Source of the DNA: Lama guanicoe
Lineage: Eukaryota
Length of the DNA stretch: 64,000 bases
Reading direction: 5' to 3'
NCBI GenBank assembly: GCA_013239625.1
Contig: MU054098.1
Span: forward strand, 1,799,104 to 1,863,103
This document shows positions 38,890 through 51,944 of the stretch, piece after piece. Position numbers and translations under genes: made by a program. The notes beneath the pieces are model-generated. The model was not told where the DNA came from. It saw nothing but the letters and a program-made list of their open reading frames with translations, and made no database searches. How positions within the stretch are numbered: the stretch's first letter is position 1; each line of letters starts with the position of its first letter.

Positions 38890-39195
38890 TCTTTCTAGAA
38901 TGAATGTATGGCCATGTAGTTGAGAAAAGAGAGCCAGATCTTATTGATGTATTTCACAAAAATTGACATATTTAAAATATGTAACTATTAAAACTCTGTT
39001 CATTCTAAGACATAAAAGGTTATAACTACCATTTTGTATCATTTCTACTTTAACAACAGTGGCAAGGAATTCTGCTTATTTTCCATTAGTATGAAAAGTA
39101 TAATTTTCTAAATAATCAACTCATTGGAAGCTTTAATTATATAGAAGACTTCATCACTTTTAACCCAAGTTGAAAGAGCTCTTTTTAAGACAGGT
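38890..39195 (-). pseudogene. Pseudo-exon(s), last RGS domain of the RGSL1-like half
   Basis: WVKSDEVFYIIKASNELI..(fs)..VVKVEMIQN..CLRMN..*DLALF vs recalled RGSL1 INDLYFFSEMEKFNDLV..SKMNIIQK..KLRVN..DRSVF. Both ends abut repeats. Confidence 0.5.
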
Positions 39196-39625
39196 TTTTT
39201 TTTTAAATAGTTTTTTTTTCTATTCATAGAACTCATATATTATTACTGTATAAAATTGGAAAAGATAGAATTTTAGTGTTTTAAAAACATATTTTCAGTC
39301 ATGCCTAAGTAATCATATTGACATTTTGGGTTTACAAAATTGTGACCATGTTTTATTATATAACATTGTAACAATTTTTGTTAATCATATATCACTATCA
39401 TTACCCAGATTGTATAAAATATTATTTGAAAATATGTTTTTTATGTTTGTAAATTATTCATCAAATAATGTATCTTAATTTATTTAACCAAATCCTCCTT
39501 TTTGGAGATGGATTTTTTTCAGGGTTTCATATTTTAAATTATGGTACTCTAAACATGCCTGTGTATAAATATTTATGTAAAAAGGGAACTTTATTTGGAG
39601 CCGTTGGAATTGCTGAATCCCCTCA
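39195..39625 (-). mobile_element. L1ME-like 3' fragment
   Basis: cttaatttatttaaccaaatcctcc...ttggaattgctgaatc. Confidence 0.55.
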
Positions 39626-39721
39626 AAGAAAGCAATGCCATTGCTCTTTTAAAGTTAAGTAAAGAAAAATGCATTATTTTAGATTGTCTACCTACTATTA
39701 ACAGAATCTACTTTGGGGGGT

Positions 39722-42700
39722 GATTTTTTAAATTAGACTTTTTATTTTGAGATAATTATAGATTGCACATGTAGTTGCAAGAAATAGTACAGAAAGATCC
39801 TATGTATAACTTAACCAGTTTCTCCCAGTGGTAGCCCTACCAAAGCAATAGCACAATATCACAACCAGGATGTTGTCGGTGATGCAGTCAAGATACAGAA
39901 CAGTTTCGGGGGGTGGGAAGGGAAAGACTGGGATTTCAAAATGTAGAACAGATAAACAAGATTATACTGTATAGCACAGGGAAATATATACAAGATCTTG
40001 TGGTAGCTCACAGGAAAAAAAAAAGTGACAATGAATACATATATGTTCATGTATCACTGAAAAATTGTGCTCTACACTGGAATTTGACACAACATTGTAA
40101 AACGACTAGAACTGAATAAAAAATGTTAAAAAAATTTTTTAAAAAGATACAGAACAGTTTCATCACCATGAGGATTCTCCATGTCACCATTTTATATAGC
40201 CAAACCAACTTCCCTTTCTTCCAATTCCCTTCTTAAATACTGGCAACCACTACTGTGTTTTCCATTTCCACAATTTTGCCATTTCAAAAATATATAAATG
40301 GAATCACATGTTTTATAAGCTTTTGGAATTGGTGTTTTTCATTCACCATAATCTTCTGGAGATTCATGCAGGTTGTTGTATGTATCAGTAGTTCATTCAT
40401 TTTTCTTGCTGAGTAGTATTCCATGGTGTGGGTGTGGATGTACCACTGTTTGTTTAACTATTTGCTCATTAAGGGATAACTGTTTCCAGTTTTTGGCTCT
40501 TACACATTAACCTGCTGTAAGCATTCATGGACGTGTTTCTGAATGAAGCTAAGTTTTCATTTCCCTGGGATAAATGCCAGGAGTGCAACTGCTGGGTCAT
40601 GTTGTGGTCACATATTTGGTTTTATAAGAAGCTGCTAAACTATTTTCTAGAGTAGCTGTACGATTTTACATTCCCATTAGCAATGCATGTGTGATCCAGT
40701 TTCTCTGTGTACTTACCAGCAGTTAGTGTTGCCACTTTTTCTTTTTAATATTCCGATATGTGTTTCATGATAGCTCATTATGTTTTCATTTGAATATCTT
40801 TAATGGGTAACGATGTTGAACATCTTTTCATGTGCTTATTTGTCATCTGTATATCCTCTTTGGTGAAATGTCTTTTCATGTCTTTTGCTCATTTTCTAGT
40901 TGGTGTTTTTTTTTTAATATTGAGTTTTGAAGGTTCTTTATATATTGCAGATATAAGTCCTTTGCAAATATGTTATGTGTAAATATTTCTGTAGAGTCTA
41001 TAAATTTCCTTTGCATACATTTATCAGGTTCTTCTGCAAAACAAAAGTTTTAAATTTTGATCAAGTCTAATTAACCAATACTTCTTTCTATGGACTGTGC
41101 TTTTGGTGTCAATTCTGTCTATCCCTAGATACAAAGAGTCTCCTTTATTTTTTTTTCTAAAAGTTTTAAAGTTTACATTTTATATTTAAGTCCATGACCC
41201 ATTGACTTAATTTTTTAAAAAGGTGTTAGACTTAAGTTAAGGTTTCTTTTTTTGCCTATGAATGTCCAATTGCTCCAGCACCATTTGTTGAAAAGGCTAC
41301 ATTTTCTCCACTTAATTTTCTCTGCATCCTTGTCAAACGTCAGTTGGGCATATTTACGTGGGTCTATTTCTTGGTTCTCTACTCTGTTCCACTGATCTAT
41401 GCATCTATCTCCTCACCAATACTACACAGTTTTATATGATAGCTATATAATGTCTTAAGATTGGGTAGATTTGATTTTTCTCACTTTATTTTCTTTTCAT
41501 AATTGTTTTAGTTATTGTAGTTCCTTTCCTTTTCCATGTACACTTTTCTGTATCTGTGGAAAATCTTGCTGGAATTTTTGTTAGAATCGAGTTAAACCTG
41601 AATATTAATTTGGAAAGAATGTACATCTTTATACATTATGTTTCAATCCATGAAAAAGAAATGTTTCTCTATTTAGATCTTCTTTGATTTCTTTCATCAT
41701 TGTTTTGTAGTTTTCAGCATATAAGTGCTATATATGTTTTGTTAGATTTCACTTAAGTATTTCATTTTCTGAGCAACTGTAAATGTTAGATTTTTAATTT
41801 GGTTTCCATGTGTTTGTTGCTAGTGTATAGAAATATAATTAACTTTTGTATAGTTATCTTGTATCCTGAGACTTTGCTGACCTCACTTATTAATTGTAGA
41901 AGTCCTTTTGTGGATTCCCTGAGGTTTCTAACATAGATAAACATGTTGTCTTCAACTAGGGAAAGTTTTATTTCTTCATTTCTGATCTGTATGACTTTCA
42001 TTTCCTTGGCTTGACTTATTACTCTGGCTACAAATTCCAGAACAATGTTGAATAAGCATGGAGAGAGTGACCATCCTAGTTTTGTTTCTGATCTTAGAAT
42101 ACAAGCACTCATTCTTTCACCATTAAGTATAATGTTAGCTGTAGGATTTTTTTAGATGTTCTTCATAAAGTTGAGGAAGTGCCCCTCTGTTCCTATTTTT
42201 CTGAGAGTTTTTATCATGAATAGGTGTTGAATTTTATCAAACACTTTTTCTGTGTCTATTGAGAGGGTCATGCCATTTTTTTCCTTTATTCCATTAATAT
42301 GGTTTATTATATTGATTACTTTTTGTATATTGAACATACTTCATTCCTGGAATGAAACCCATTTGATCATTGTGTATAGTCCTTTTTATATATTGATAGA
42401 TTTGGTTTCTAGTATTTTCTTGAGGACTTTTGCATCTATATTCAAGGCGATATTGGTCTCTGGTTTCTTGTAATGTCTTGGTCAAGTTTGGTATCAGGGA
42501 AATACTAACTTCATCTCATGAATGGGGAAGTGTTCTGTCCTCTGTTTTCTATAAAAGATAGTATAGAATTGGTCTCAATCCTTTAAGTATTTAATAGAAT
42601 TCTCCAGTGAAACCATCTAGAACTGGAGCTTTACTTTTGTAGAGGTTAATTTTTTTTTTACCATGAATATACTATCTTTAAAGGTTGTAGCACATCTGTT

Positions 42701-43705
42701 TTATCTTGGTTGAGATTTTGTAGCTTGTGGTTTTCAAGGAATGGGTCTATTTTTTAACTTGTCAAATTTATGAGCACAAAGTTGTTCATAGAACTCCATT
42801 ATTATCCTTTAAATAGGTGCAGAATCTTTAGTGATATCCCCAGTTCATTTCTGATATTGATGATTTATGTATTTTCTCTTTTTATTTTTGTCAGTCTTGC
42901 TAGATATATCAATTGTTTTGATTTTTTCAAAGAACAAGATTTTCACTTTATTTTTATTTTCTATTTTCAATTTATTGATTTCTGCTTTTATCTTTACAAT
43001 TTCTTCCCTCTTCTTGTTTTAGGTTTATTTTGCTCTTCCACTTTCATGAGGTAGGAATCCAGATTATTAATTTGAAATCTTTCCTTTTTTCATTTAAGAT
43101 TTCCTCTATGATCCATGACTTATTTATATTTGTGCTGCTTAATTTTCAAGTGTTTAATGATTTTCTTTGCCTTTCTATTATTGATTTCTTGTTCAAGTTT
43201 CTTGTGACCAGAGAACATACTCTGTATAATTACAATTCTTTCATTTTTTGAGACTTGTTTTATGGCCCAGAACAAAGTGCATCTTGGCCAATGTTCCAAG
43301 GGTGCTTGAAAGGAATGTATATTCTGCTGTTTTGAGGTGGAATGTTCTATATATGTCAGTTAGATACTTTTGGTTGATTGTTTTGTTTAGAGCTTCTATA
43401 TCCTTGCTGATTTTGTTTAGTATTTCTATTAGTTGCTGAGACTCAGGTTTTGAATATCCCCACTACAACTGTGGATCTGTCTGTGTCTCCTTCAAGCTCT
43501 ATCAGCTATTATGTCATGTACTTTGAAGTTCTGTTGTTTGGTTCATACACATCTAGGATCATTATATCTTCCTGGCATAGTGATCTTCTTATTATGATGC
43601 AATGTCCTTTTTTCTTAATATATAATTTCCCAAGGTTTCAGCTGTTCTTAGCAAGAGGAATAGGGAAAAGTATGTTTATCCATTGTCCTTGAAACAGAAA
43701 TCTCA
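39722..43705 (-). mobile_element. Old L1 (L1MC/MD-like): 3'UTR, ORF2 and 5' terminus
   Basis: RT remnants in the ORF track (LSPCLFNIVLE...[23 protein letters not shown]). Confidence 0.92.
39908..40143 (+). mobile_element. Young short L1 3' end (camelid-type) nested in the old L1
   Basis: Perfect 18-bp TSD aagatacagaacagtttc (39890-39907 / 40144-40161) and A-rich tail. Confidence 0.93.
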
Positions 43706-43713
43706 GAACTCAC

Positions 43714-46093
43714 CTTTAAACATGAATAGGTTGAATTAACTTAAATTATAGCTTATCTCAAAAAAGCAGTAACTGTTTAATTTCCACTGGTTGTTTTCAA
43801 GAAATGTGTGAAAGAAATATACGACTACAAAAAGCAGTGCAACAACCTACACACAAAAGTAAACTGAAAATGGGTTAAAGGCCTAAATGTAAGACCAGAT
43901 ACTACAAAACCCCTAGAGGAAAACATAGGCAGAACATTCCTTGATATAAATTGCAGCAATATTTTTTTGGATCCATCTACTAGATTAATGGAAACAAAAG
44001 CAAAAATAAATAAATGGGACCCAATTAAACTTAAAAGATTTCACACAGCAAAAGAAATCATAAACAAAACAAAAAGACAATCTACAAAATGGGAGAAAAT
44101 ATTTGCAAATGATGCAACCAACCAGGGATTAATTTCCAAAATATACAAAGATCTCATAGAGCTCAGTATCAACAAAGCAAACAACACAATCAAAAAATGT
44201 GCAGAAGATCTAAATAGACACTTCTCCAAAGAAGACATATGGATGGCCAACAGGCACATGAAAAGATGCTCAATGTCGCTAATTATTAGAGAAATGCAAA
44301 TCAAAACTACAACAAGGTATCACCTCATATGAATCAGAATGGCCATCATTAATATGTTTATAAGTAATAAATGCTGGAGAGGGCTTAGAGAAAAAAAGGA
44401 TCCTCCTAACACTATTGGTGGGAATGTAAATTGGTGCAGTCACTAAGGAGAATAGTATGGAGATTTCTCTAAAAACTTATCCTATTCCTGGGTATATATC
44501 TGGAAAAAAGAAAACTTTAATCCAAAATGATACATGCACCCCAATATTTACAGCAGTATTATTTACAACAGCTAAGACATGGAAACAACCCAAATGTCCA
44601 TCAACAGATGACTAGATAAACAAGATGTGGCATATATATACAGTGGAATACTACTCAGCCATAAAAAGAATGAAATAATGCCATTTGAAGCAACATAGAT
44701 GGACCTAGAAATTATCATATTGAGTGAAGTAAATCAGACAAAGACAAATATCATATGATATTACTTATATATGGAATCTAAAAAAAAAGATACAAATTCT
44801 ATTTACAAAACAAAAACAGACTCATGGACATGGAAAAAAGAGCTATGGTTCACCAAAGGAGAAAGGCAAGGAGGGATAAATTAGAGGTTGAGGATTAACA
44901 GACACACATTACTATATATAAAATAGATAAACAACAAGGACCTACTGTATAACACAGGGAACTAGATTCAATTATTCAATTTCTTATAATAACATATAGT
45001 TGGAAAGAAATCTGAAAAGAAAAATATATATATATATATGAATAAGTGAATCACTTTGCTGTACACCTGAAACTAGCATTGTAAATCAATTACACTTCAA
45101 TAAAAATTTTTTTAAAAAGAGAAACTCAAAAAAAGAGCAAATAATCCAATCAAAAAGAGTGGAAGACCTAAATAGACATTTCTCTGGGCCAACAGGCACA
45201 TGAAGAAATATTCAACATTATTAATTATTAGAGAAATGAAAATCAAAAGTATAATGAGGTAGCACCTCACATAGGTCAGAATGACCATCAGCTAATTATT
45301 CTAGAAATAATAAATGCTGGAAAGGGTGTGGAGAAAAAGGAACTCTCCTAACACAGTTGGTGGGGATGTAAATTGGTGCAGCTACTATGGAGAACAGTAT
45401 GGAGGTTTCTTAAAACACTTATCCCATTCCTGGGCATGTATCTCGATAAGATGAAAACTCTAATCCAAAAAGATACATGCAACCCAATGTTCATAGCAGA
45501 ACTATTTATAATAGTAAGACATGGAAGCAACCTAAATGTCCATTGATAGATGTAGTAATAAAGAAGATGTGAAATATTACTCAGCCACAAAAAAGAATGA
45601 AATAATGCCATTTGCAGCCACACAGATAGACCTAGAGAGTATCATATTAAGTAAAGTAAGTCAGACAGAGAAAGATGAACATCCTATGATATCACTTATA
45701 TGTGGAATCTAAAAAATGATACAAATGAACTTATTTACAAAACAGAAATAGACTCACAGACATAGAACACAAACTTATGGTTACAAAAAGGGAAGAGGAA
45801 GAGCAATAAATTGGGAGTTTGTGATTAACAGATACATACTACCATATATAAAATAGACAAACAACAAGGACCCACTGTATAGCATAGGGAACTATACTCA
45901 ATATCTTATAAAAACCTATAATGGAAAATAATCTAAAAAAGAGCATACACACACACACACATACACATATACACATACACACACACATATATGTATATCT
46001 CAATCACTTAGCTGTATACCTGAAACTAACACAACATTGTAAATCAATTGTACTTCAATATCAAAAACAAAAACAGTGCTACAAGAATATTCC
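43714..46093 (-). pseudogene. Pseudo-exon split by an L1 insertion (exonic parts ~46068-46093 and ~43714-43845)
   Basis: Acceptor atttctgcacttAG at 46094-46095 and donor aag|GTGAGT at 43708-43713. Removing the TSD-flanked L1 gives (W)NILVALLFVVVYFFHTFLENNQWKLNSYCFFEISYNLS*FNLFMFK. Confidence 0.6.
43846..46067 (+). mobile_element. Two head-to-tail L1 3' segments (43846-~45120 and ~45121-46067) within one TSD
   Basis: ORF2 C-terminus in ORF 43967..44332. TSD caaaaagcagtgcaacaa (43828-43845) / caaaaacagtgctacaa (46068-46084). Confidence 0.9.
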
Positions 46094-46571
46094 CTAAGTG
46101 CAGAAATAGGTATGTCCAAGGTTGTCATGCACACAGTGTTGTAAACTTCCACAAAATGGTAAATAATTTAAATGTCCATCAGTAAAGGATTGATTAAATA
46201 GTTTATGGCACATTCATGGTTGATATTTAGCCAGCATCCACAAATGCAGATAAAATCCTTGGTGAAATATTAAAATTATTCCATAACAGCTTGTTAATAG
46301 TGTTTACTTTGACTCCCATAGCAAGTACACTCTTCCAGCACTCTGGCCATCTTGGTCCTATCCCCCAGACAGCTTGAAGCTCCACACAATCTAACAGCTA
46401 AACGGTTAACACTTGCATAGCAGGGGGCTTCAGCGCCATGCTTTAACACTATGACTGGTGCCTAATCTGATTGTTTGGGTCCCATGTCCTACCAAATATT
46501 AAATATTTTGTTTATTACTCTCTGGCCCATACAGATCACAGAATACCATACAGCTATAAAAAATGAGTAAG

Positions 46572-48170
46572 GGGAGCTCCAGGTAAGCATGGCAGATTTA
46601 ACAAATACGTTTATCTTCATTCACTTTTGAAACCTCACTAAAATGACAGCAAAGAATTTTAAAAGTCATAAAACCCAAAAGGACAAAGAGAACATGAGAA
46701 GAGATGACAGCAGAAGAGAAATGTCAACACAGGTTTTGTAAGCTGGAAAGCAGATGGACAGGTGGTAACTGACTTAGCAGAGTAGATAATACTGAAACCT
46801 AAGCCTGAAACTGGGGAGAAGCCAAAAAACAAAACAAAACAGGACAATCCATGCTCAGAAAGCCTTAGAATTTGGAGGCACCGAGGACCTCTAGAGGCAG
46901 GGGTGTGGGTAGGACTGAAAGCAGAAAGATAGTTTGGCAGTTGGCATAAGGAGTATACAGTCCCTCCTCCTAAATTCACTCGTGCATTCTATTGAGTAAT
47001 TTCCCTTTGACAACGCATGCAGAAGACTAGAGGCTTTCTTCTTTCTGGAAAAGAGTCTATAGCTAAAAACTAGAGTGAGCTGCCACACTGAAAGCAAGGA
47101 GGTAGAGTCTGCATGTTAAATAGTGCAACCTTCCATCTCCAGCCACTCCTTTCGTATATCCCAGAATATCAACAGCCAGGCTTATGTTATAACACTTTAT
47201 AAAAAATCATAATATTCTTTTCTGTAGAAACTAAATTATCCAATACAAAACACCTAAAAATACTGAATTTTTGAAAACCCTAGTGAAAAGCTGAGTTGCA
47301 GCCTTCTCAACTTAAAGGGAAATGTACCACATAACAGTGCCCATTCACATACCAAGAACTTCTAATCAGCTTCTTAGTCTCTTGCTATTGTATATACATG
47401 AGCCATCAAGAACAAGACATCAAGGAAAGAGGGATAGAGAAAATAGAACCAAAAAAAAGTGAGCTTGTTGGAAATAGAGACAATGCAAGGAATAGAAGAA
47501 AACTTTAAAAATACTTATCTTTCAGAGATATGAGTATATACAGCATTCATTAACAATTGGCTATTTTAAAAAGAACATTCAGAGAACAAGAACAATGTTT
47601 TCAAAATTAAAAATAAAATAAAATATAGAAGTCCTGGAATATAAATTGGAGGAAATCTCCTAGAAACTAGGAAAAAAAATAGGGAGAGGAGATGATTTGG
47701 GGTTCAATCTAGGATGTCCAACATATGGATAATGATATTTAAAGAAAGAATAGAGAAATGGAGAAAAGGAAAGTATCCAAGATAAAGCAGTAAAGTTTCC
47801 TAAAACCGAAGGATATGGGTTTCCCAACTGAAGCAGCCCAACAAGTATCTAGTATAACGAATAAAAATAGATCACACAAAGGCTCATCATAGTGAAATTT
47901 CCAAGCACCATGGAATGAAAGTGGCATTGTTGACTCAACAGCAGCACTGGAATATGAAAAGCAGTAAAACAATGCTTCAAGAGTTTGAGGGAAAATTATT
48001 TGCAACCTAGAATTCTATGCCCTGCCAAACTTAATGGTAGAATAATGGGATTTTCAGGCATGAAAGTTCTTAGTGAACATTTTCTTTCTCAAAGAGCCAT
48101 GCACAGAAAGTTCTTGGAGTTGTGTCCAATCAAAATAAAGGAGTAAACCAAAAAAGAGGGAGAATGTGTG
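46572..48170 (+). mobile_element. HAL1/L1ME 5' region and ORF1 remnant
   Basis: catggcaga...cactaaaatgacagcaaag start; catcatagtgaaatttcca...caacctagaattctatgccctgccaaact ORF1 motifs. Confidence 0.8.
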
Positions 48171-48215
48171 AAAAACAGTATTTAGAAGGATTTTCAGGGC
48201 TTTCCCCAAGAAGCT

Positions 48216-48529
48216 TTAGAACCTGTACAAAGTTCCCTCCCACTGGTGGTTCAACCAGGTAAAAACTATTTTAAAGACATTTGGTGGGAAAGGTTGAATA
48301 GGGTTGCCTTGAGTAAAGGGTAAAGCACCAAGAATGTTAGGCAACCAGGAGTTTTCCAAGGAAAACTTTTCCAAAAATGGCAAGAAGACACCTAAGGAAA
48401 TTGTAAAAGGAGGAAGGTGTTACAGAATTGTATTTTTGCCACCCCATAGAGAATATCCCATCCAGGGTAGTCTTGAAAGTTATGCTGGTGGATGGATAGC
48501 AGAGTGGCAACCAGGAAGTCTAACCTTAT
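48216..48529 (-). pseudogene. Pseudo-exon, RGS domain
   Basis: About 68 codons open: LGVFLPFLEKFSLENSWLPNILGAL...PNVFKIVFTW (RGS F-x-x-F-L motif; compare recalled RGSL1 LEFFREFLKE...ENVIKTFF). Acceptor at 48530 or 48392. Confidence 0.55.
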
Positions 48530-48673
48530 CTAGAAGTCACAGGTAAAGGCTGACTCTCAGGAAAATGGGGAATAGGTAAAGTTGGTGTAAGCAATCTGCT
48601 ATTCTTTTTCACGCCCACACTCAGATGCTTTATGCCAGCATGCTTCCCTTGCCTAGTTAAATCTTATCATTAC

Positions 48674-48974
48674 TTTAGGCAGACTTGTCCTGCACTTAGA
48701 CCAATATTGAATCTTGCAGACCTAGCACTCATCTTTACCAGTATCAAATATTGGTCTTGCCAGTCCCTTAATTATCAAAGGTGTGCTAAATAAATCTGTG
48801 CTAAGTTATTAATAACAGATAATAGATTCATAGGCTACCCATCCAGAGGCATTTGTATTTCAATAGAATACTCAGAGTCCAAAGACCTTCTAATTTCAAA
48901 TGACCTCATGAGGTGAATATTTTTTAAAGGTAGGAGTCCTCAAATCTCAGAACATACACAGCTACCTCATTCAC
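48674..48974 (-). pseudogene. Pseudo-exon
   Basis: ttttgcccatAG acceptor. YVLRFEDSYL*KIFTS...SILLKYKCLW vs recalled RGSL1 FLDEEDYWFLLFTT...ILLYKRI. The donor is uncertain (48839 or 48674). Confidence 0.5.
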
Positions 48975-49495
48975 CTATGGGCAAAACTAGCTGGAAATCT
49001 GATATATCAATGTATTTTCTGGGACCTAATTATTCACATAGTCATGGTGAGCCATAAATTGCCCCCTAAAATAATAAACAGATCAAAAAAGTAGAATCAT
49101 TTTTCAGGTTATCACATGGTTGTTCTGGATTGGGGTGAGGGAAGCCTTGAAATAATTTTAAACATGATCCAAGAGATGTTAGAGGTTAATGAATTTGCCA
49201 CTAAAGCATGCCCCAAATTTAAAATCCAATATGTTTAGGATTAAAGTACTGAGAGATGATCAAGTCCACTTAAAACTGCTTTATAATCAGGATGCTATAT
49301 TGTATCTGAGACAATAAAATGTCTGAAAAGAAATATAATCTTATTACAACAGAAGCTACAAAGGAATTGTATGCAATCAACTCATTTATATTAGTAACCC
49401 AAATCACTTTAAAACATGTAGACCAAAGTAATTGGCAACAGAATCATGCCCAGAATAACACTTGAGTCATATCAGGTCATTCTGAGCAAACATAC

Positions 49496-49719
49496 TGGAC
49501 AATTCCATAACTTTGAAATCTAAGGAAAGTGATAGGGGACTGAGGGATTACAGTAAACGCAGCAAGTACATATCTCATGTTTGGAGCTATCAAATTCGCA
49601 TTGTGAACTTTAGCACAAATCTCACTGCAACTCAGGGGGCATGTTCTAATTCTGGTAATAGCATTTACCGAGTGTTCTAAGGACTTCAGCTAAATCATAC
49701 CAAAGTCAAAGTGTAAAAC
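49496..49719 (-). pseudogene. Pseudo-exon, RGS domain
   Basis: Pyrimidine tract plus tttAG, GTATGT donor. L*LWYDLAEVLRTL...(fs)EICAKVHN vs recalled RGSL1 LDLWHDLEHFLSVL...RICELYLN. Confidence 0.62.
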
Positions 49720-50089
49720 CTAAATTAGGTCATAAGGAAGAACACGGAAATAAATACATTTGGATATATAAGGTAGGGATATTATGTAAATATGCTGCAA
49801 TGTATTATGAGGCCAGGAACTCACTTTGGTATGCTGGGCACAGTGGCAAGGGCCCAACAGTCAGTGCCACATTCTCTAAGGGGCAGGAGGCAACGATGCC
49901 ATAACATTCCACAAATGTCCTTTCACACGGTAAAAATATTTCTGACAGTCACTCTGCCCAAACCTTCCTATTCATAACACTGTCAGCTGGCATGTCACTC
50001 AGAGTGACAGGAAAGGAGACAGGGAAAGATGATTGTGGTAAGAAGATGGTAGGAGTTAAATCACTGCGTGATGAACAAGCAAGATGCAC

Positions 50090-50323
50090 CTGAACTGCTT
50101 ATTGTCATGTGGATGGCTGACATGCTCCTGACTCAAAGGCATAAGGGTGAAAATATTTCCCTTGCCTCCGGGAAATCAGTAGTCCCAATATTCAATGATT
50201 GTAACTAAAAAGAAAGGCATGAAATCCAATTGACTCTAATGTGTCAAAAAATGGTACATTCCTGAAGGGATCTTGGTGAAAGGGTACTTCAGTGATTTTT
50301 TTTTCTTGGCCATGGTAGCCCAG
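50090..50323 (-). pseudogene. Pseudo-exon, start of RGS domain
   Basis: Reads ...FHAFLFSYNH*ILG(fs)TDFPEA/GKYF, matching the W-A-L-x-A-D-x-x-A-G-x-x-F pattern recalled for RGSL1. Splice sites are weak. Confidence 0.4.
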
Positions 50324-51282
50324 CTTCAAATTGAAACATACACAGAAGTTCAGTATGTTAAACAAGTCAAAAAGACCTATTTTGATTTGGGGGGGTAGTC
50401 TAGAACCCCCTTCCCATTCCCCATAACCATATCGTCATCTTTAAGACATCCCCAAGGAATTTCAGGACTCTTTCCCATACCCTTGCATAATGACACCTCC
50501 AAGTCCCCAGTTATTCTGCCCAGGGTTTCCTGTGGTGAGTTACTGTCGAGCCAGACTTTTTGCCAAGTATCCTGACTCCAAAGCCTATGCAAAATTCCCA
50601 GCAATACATCACCTGCCTCATGTCATGTGACCCTCCTTAGTTTCCTCAAAAGAGCACTTGGTGTTGCTATCTCTAATTCACTGAGCAGCTTTAGCAAATC
50701 AGCAAAGCTTTACTATAATAAAATATTTAGGAATATAGATTATGCACAAGTGCAAGTGATGTTTATTTCACAATGTTAGATACCAACTATAGTCAGTGTT
50801 GTATAAGACATTTGCTACAGTATTCATTTTTATATCTTGGCTAAATTGGTTACCTGACCCAATGCAAGCTCTCAAAAATCAAAATATTTTTGCTTTTTTT
50901 CTGATTAGCACATAAATTGACATTTTGTGGCATTTTCAGAAAGTATCCTTGCTGTGCAAACTGAAACACTGCCTTTTTTAGGTATGTATAAAATAGATGT
51001 TTTTTAGGAACTTAATTGTCTTTGTAGAAAAAATACTACCAAAATATTTGTTACATATTTGGTCATACTAAGCTCTGAATCGTGTAAAAGTGTAAGTGTG
51101 ACTAGCTGTGGAGTTTATACACTTTATTTATAGCAAACCCCAGAGTCTTGCATTTAAGTACTTTTATTTCAAGAGGAAAAAAAATTGAATAGGTTTGCCT
51201 TAGGGCATCTTAATGACCAAAACAATCTCATTGTTTCATTTCAGACTCTGTTCATAAAAGAGAGAGATTTTTCTCCCCTTAC

Positions 51283-51811
51283 CATGATCATGTAATAATG
51301 GTCTCTCAAGACACAGAATCAATTTGACTGATTTTGCCTTTGCCTCTACTCTCATGTGTTCTTTCCAAATGACCTTCGCTTAGCCTGTGATCTGGAGTTT
51401 CAAAGCTACAGGAATTACTTTTCTCTAGAAGCTGACTTTTCTTTGTTCGGGCTTTGTTTTCAGGCAGCCCGAGAGGAGTTTGTAGCCCCTCTGCTCTGGA
51501 TTCTTTTCTTTCATTTTTCTGAAGCAGCCTTGATTTTCTGCTTTAGGTCTATTTGGTTTTGAATCAAGGTGACCAAATGACCCAGGAGGGTAGACACTCA
51601 CATTCACAGTTGTCTGAGAATTTTTGCTACTTCTGTGACCTCCACCTGTCCCAGCTCCACTACATTCTCGATGGTTTCTGCCGCTGGTACAGGCCACACG
51701 GAGAGCTTAGTTCTCTTCACATCTATCCTCCTGATATGTGGAAAGTCCTTTTAATTTTGACTCAGTCAAGATAAGGTTGACTCATGGTAACCAGAGCCTT
51801 TACAAAGAAAA
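51283..51811 (-). pseudogene. Pseudo-exon, low-complexity linker
   Basis: Long pyrimidine tract plus AG at 51812-51813, donor catg|GTAAGG. Long overlapping open stretches in alternating frames. Confidence 0.5.
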
Positions 51812-51944
51812 CTAAAGGAAATAGAGCAAAATCAGAAACAGAGCAAGATATAATCCCCCAAGAGCAAACTTGTTATTCTAACTTAAAATCAACCTCAGCT
51901 TAGTCTGGCTAGTGTAATTTCAACAACAACAACAAAAATCTCAC

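Noticed and set aside
41786..44332. ORFs with reverse transcriptase or ORF2 motifs
   Set aside because: They are fragments of decayed L1 copies, not an active element or host gene.
50377..50604. 75-aa minus-strand ORF within the fossil gene span
   Set aside because: No convincing acceptor, donor or family motif, so it is left unassigned.
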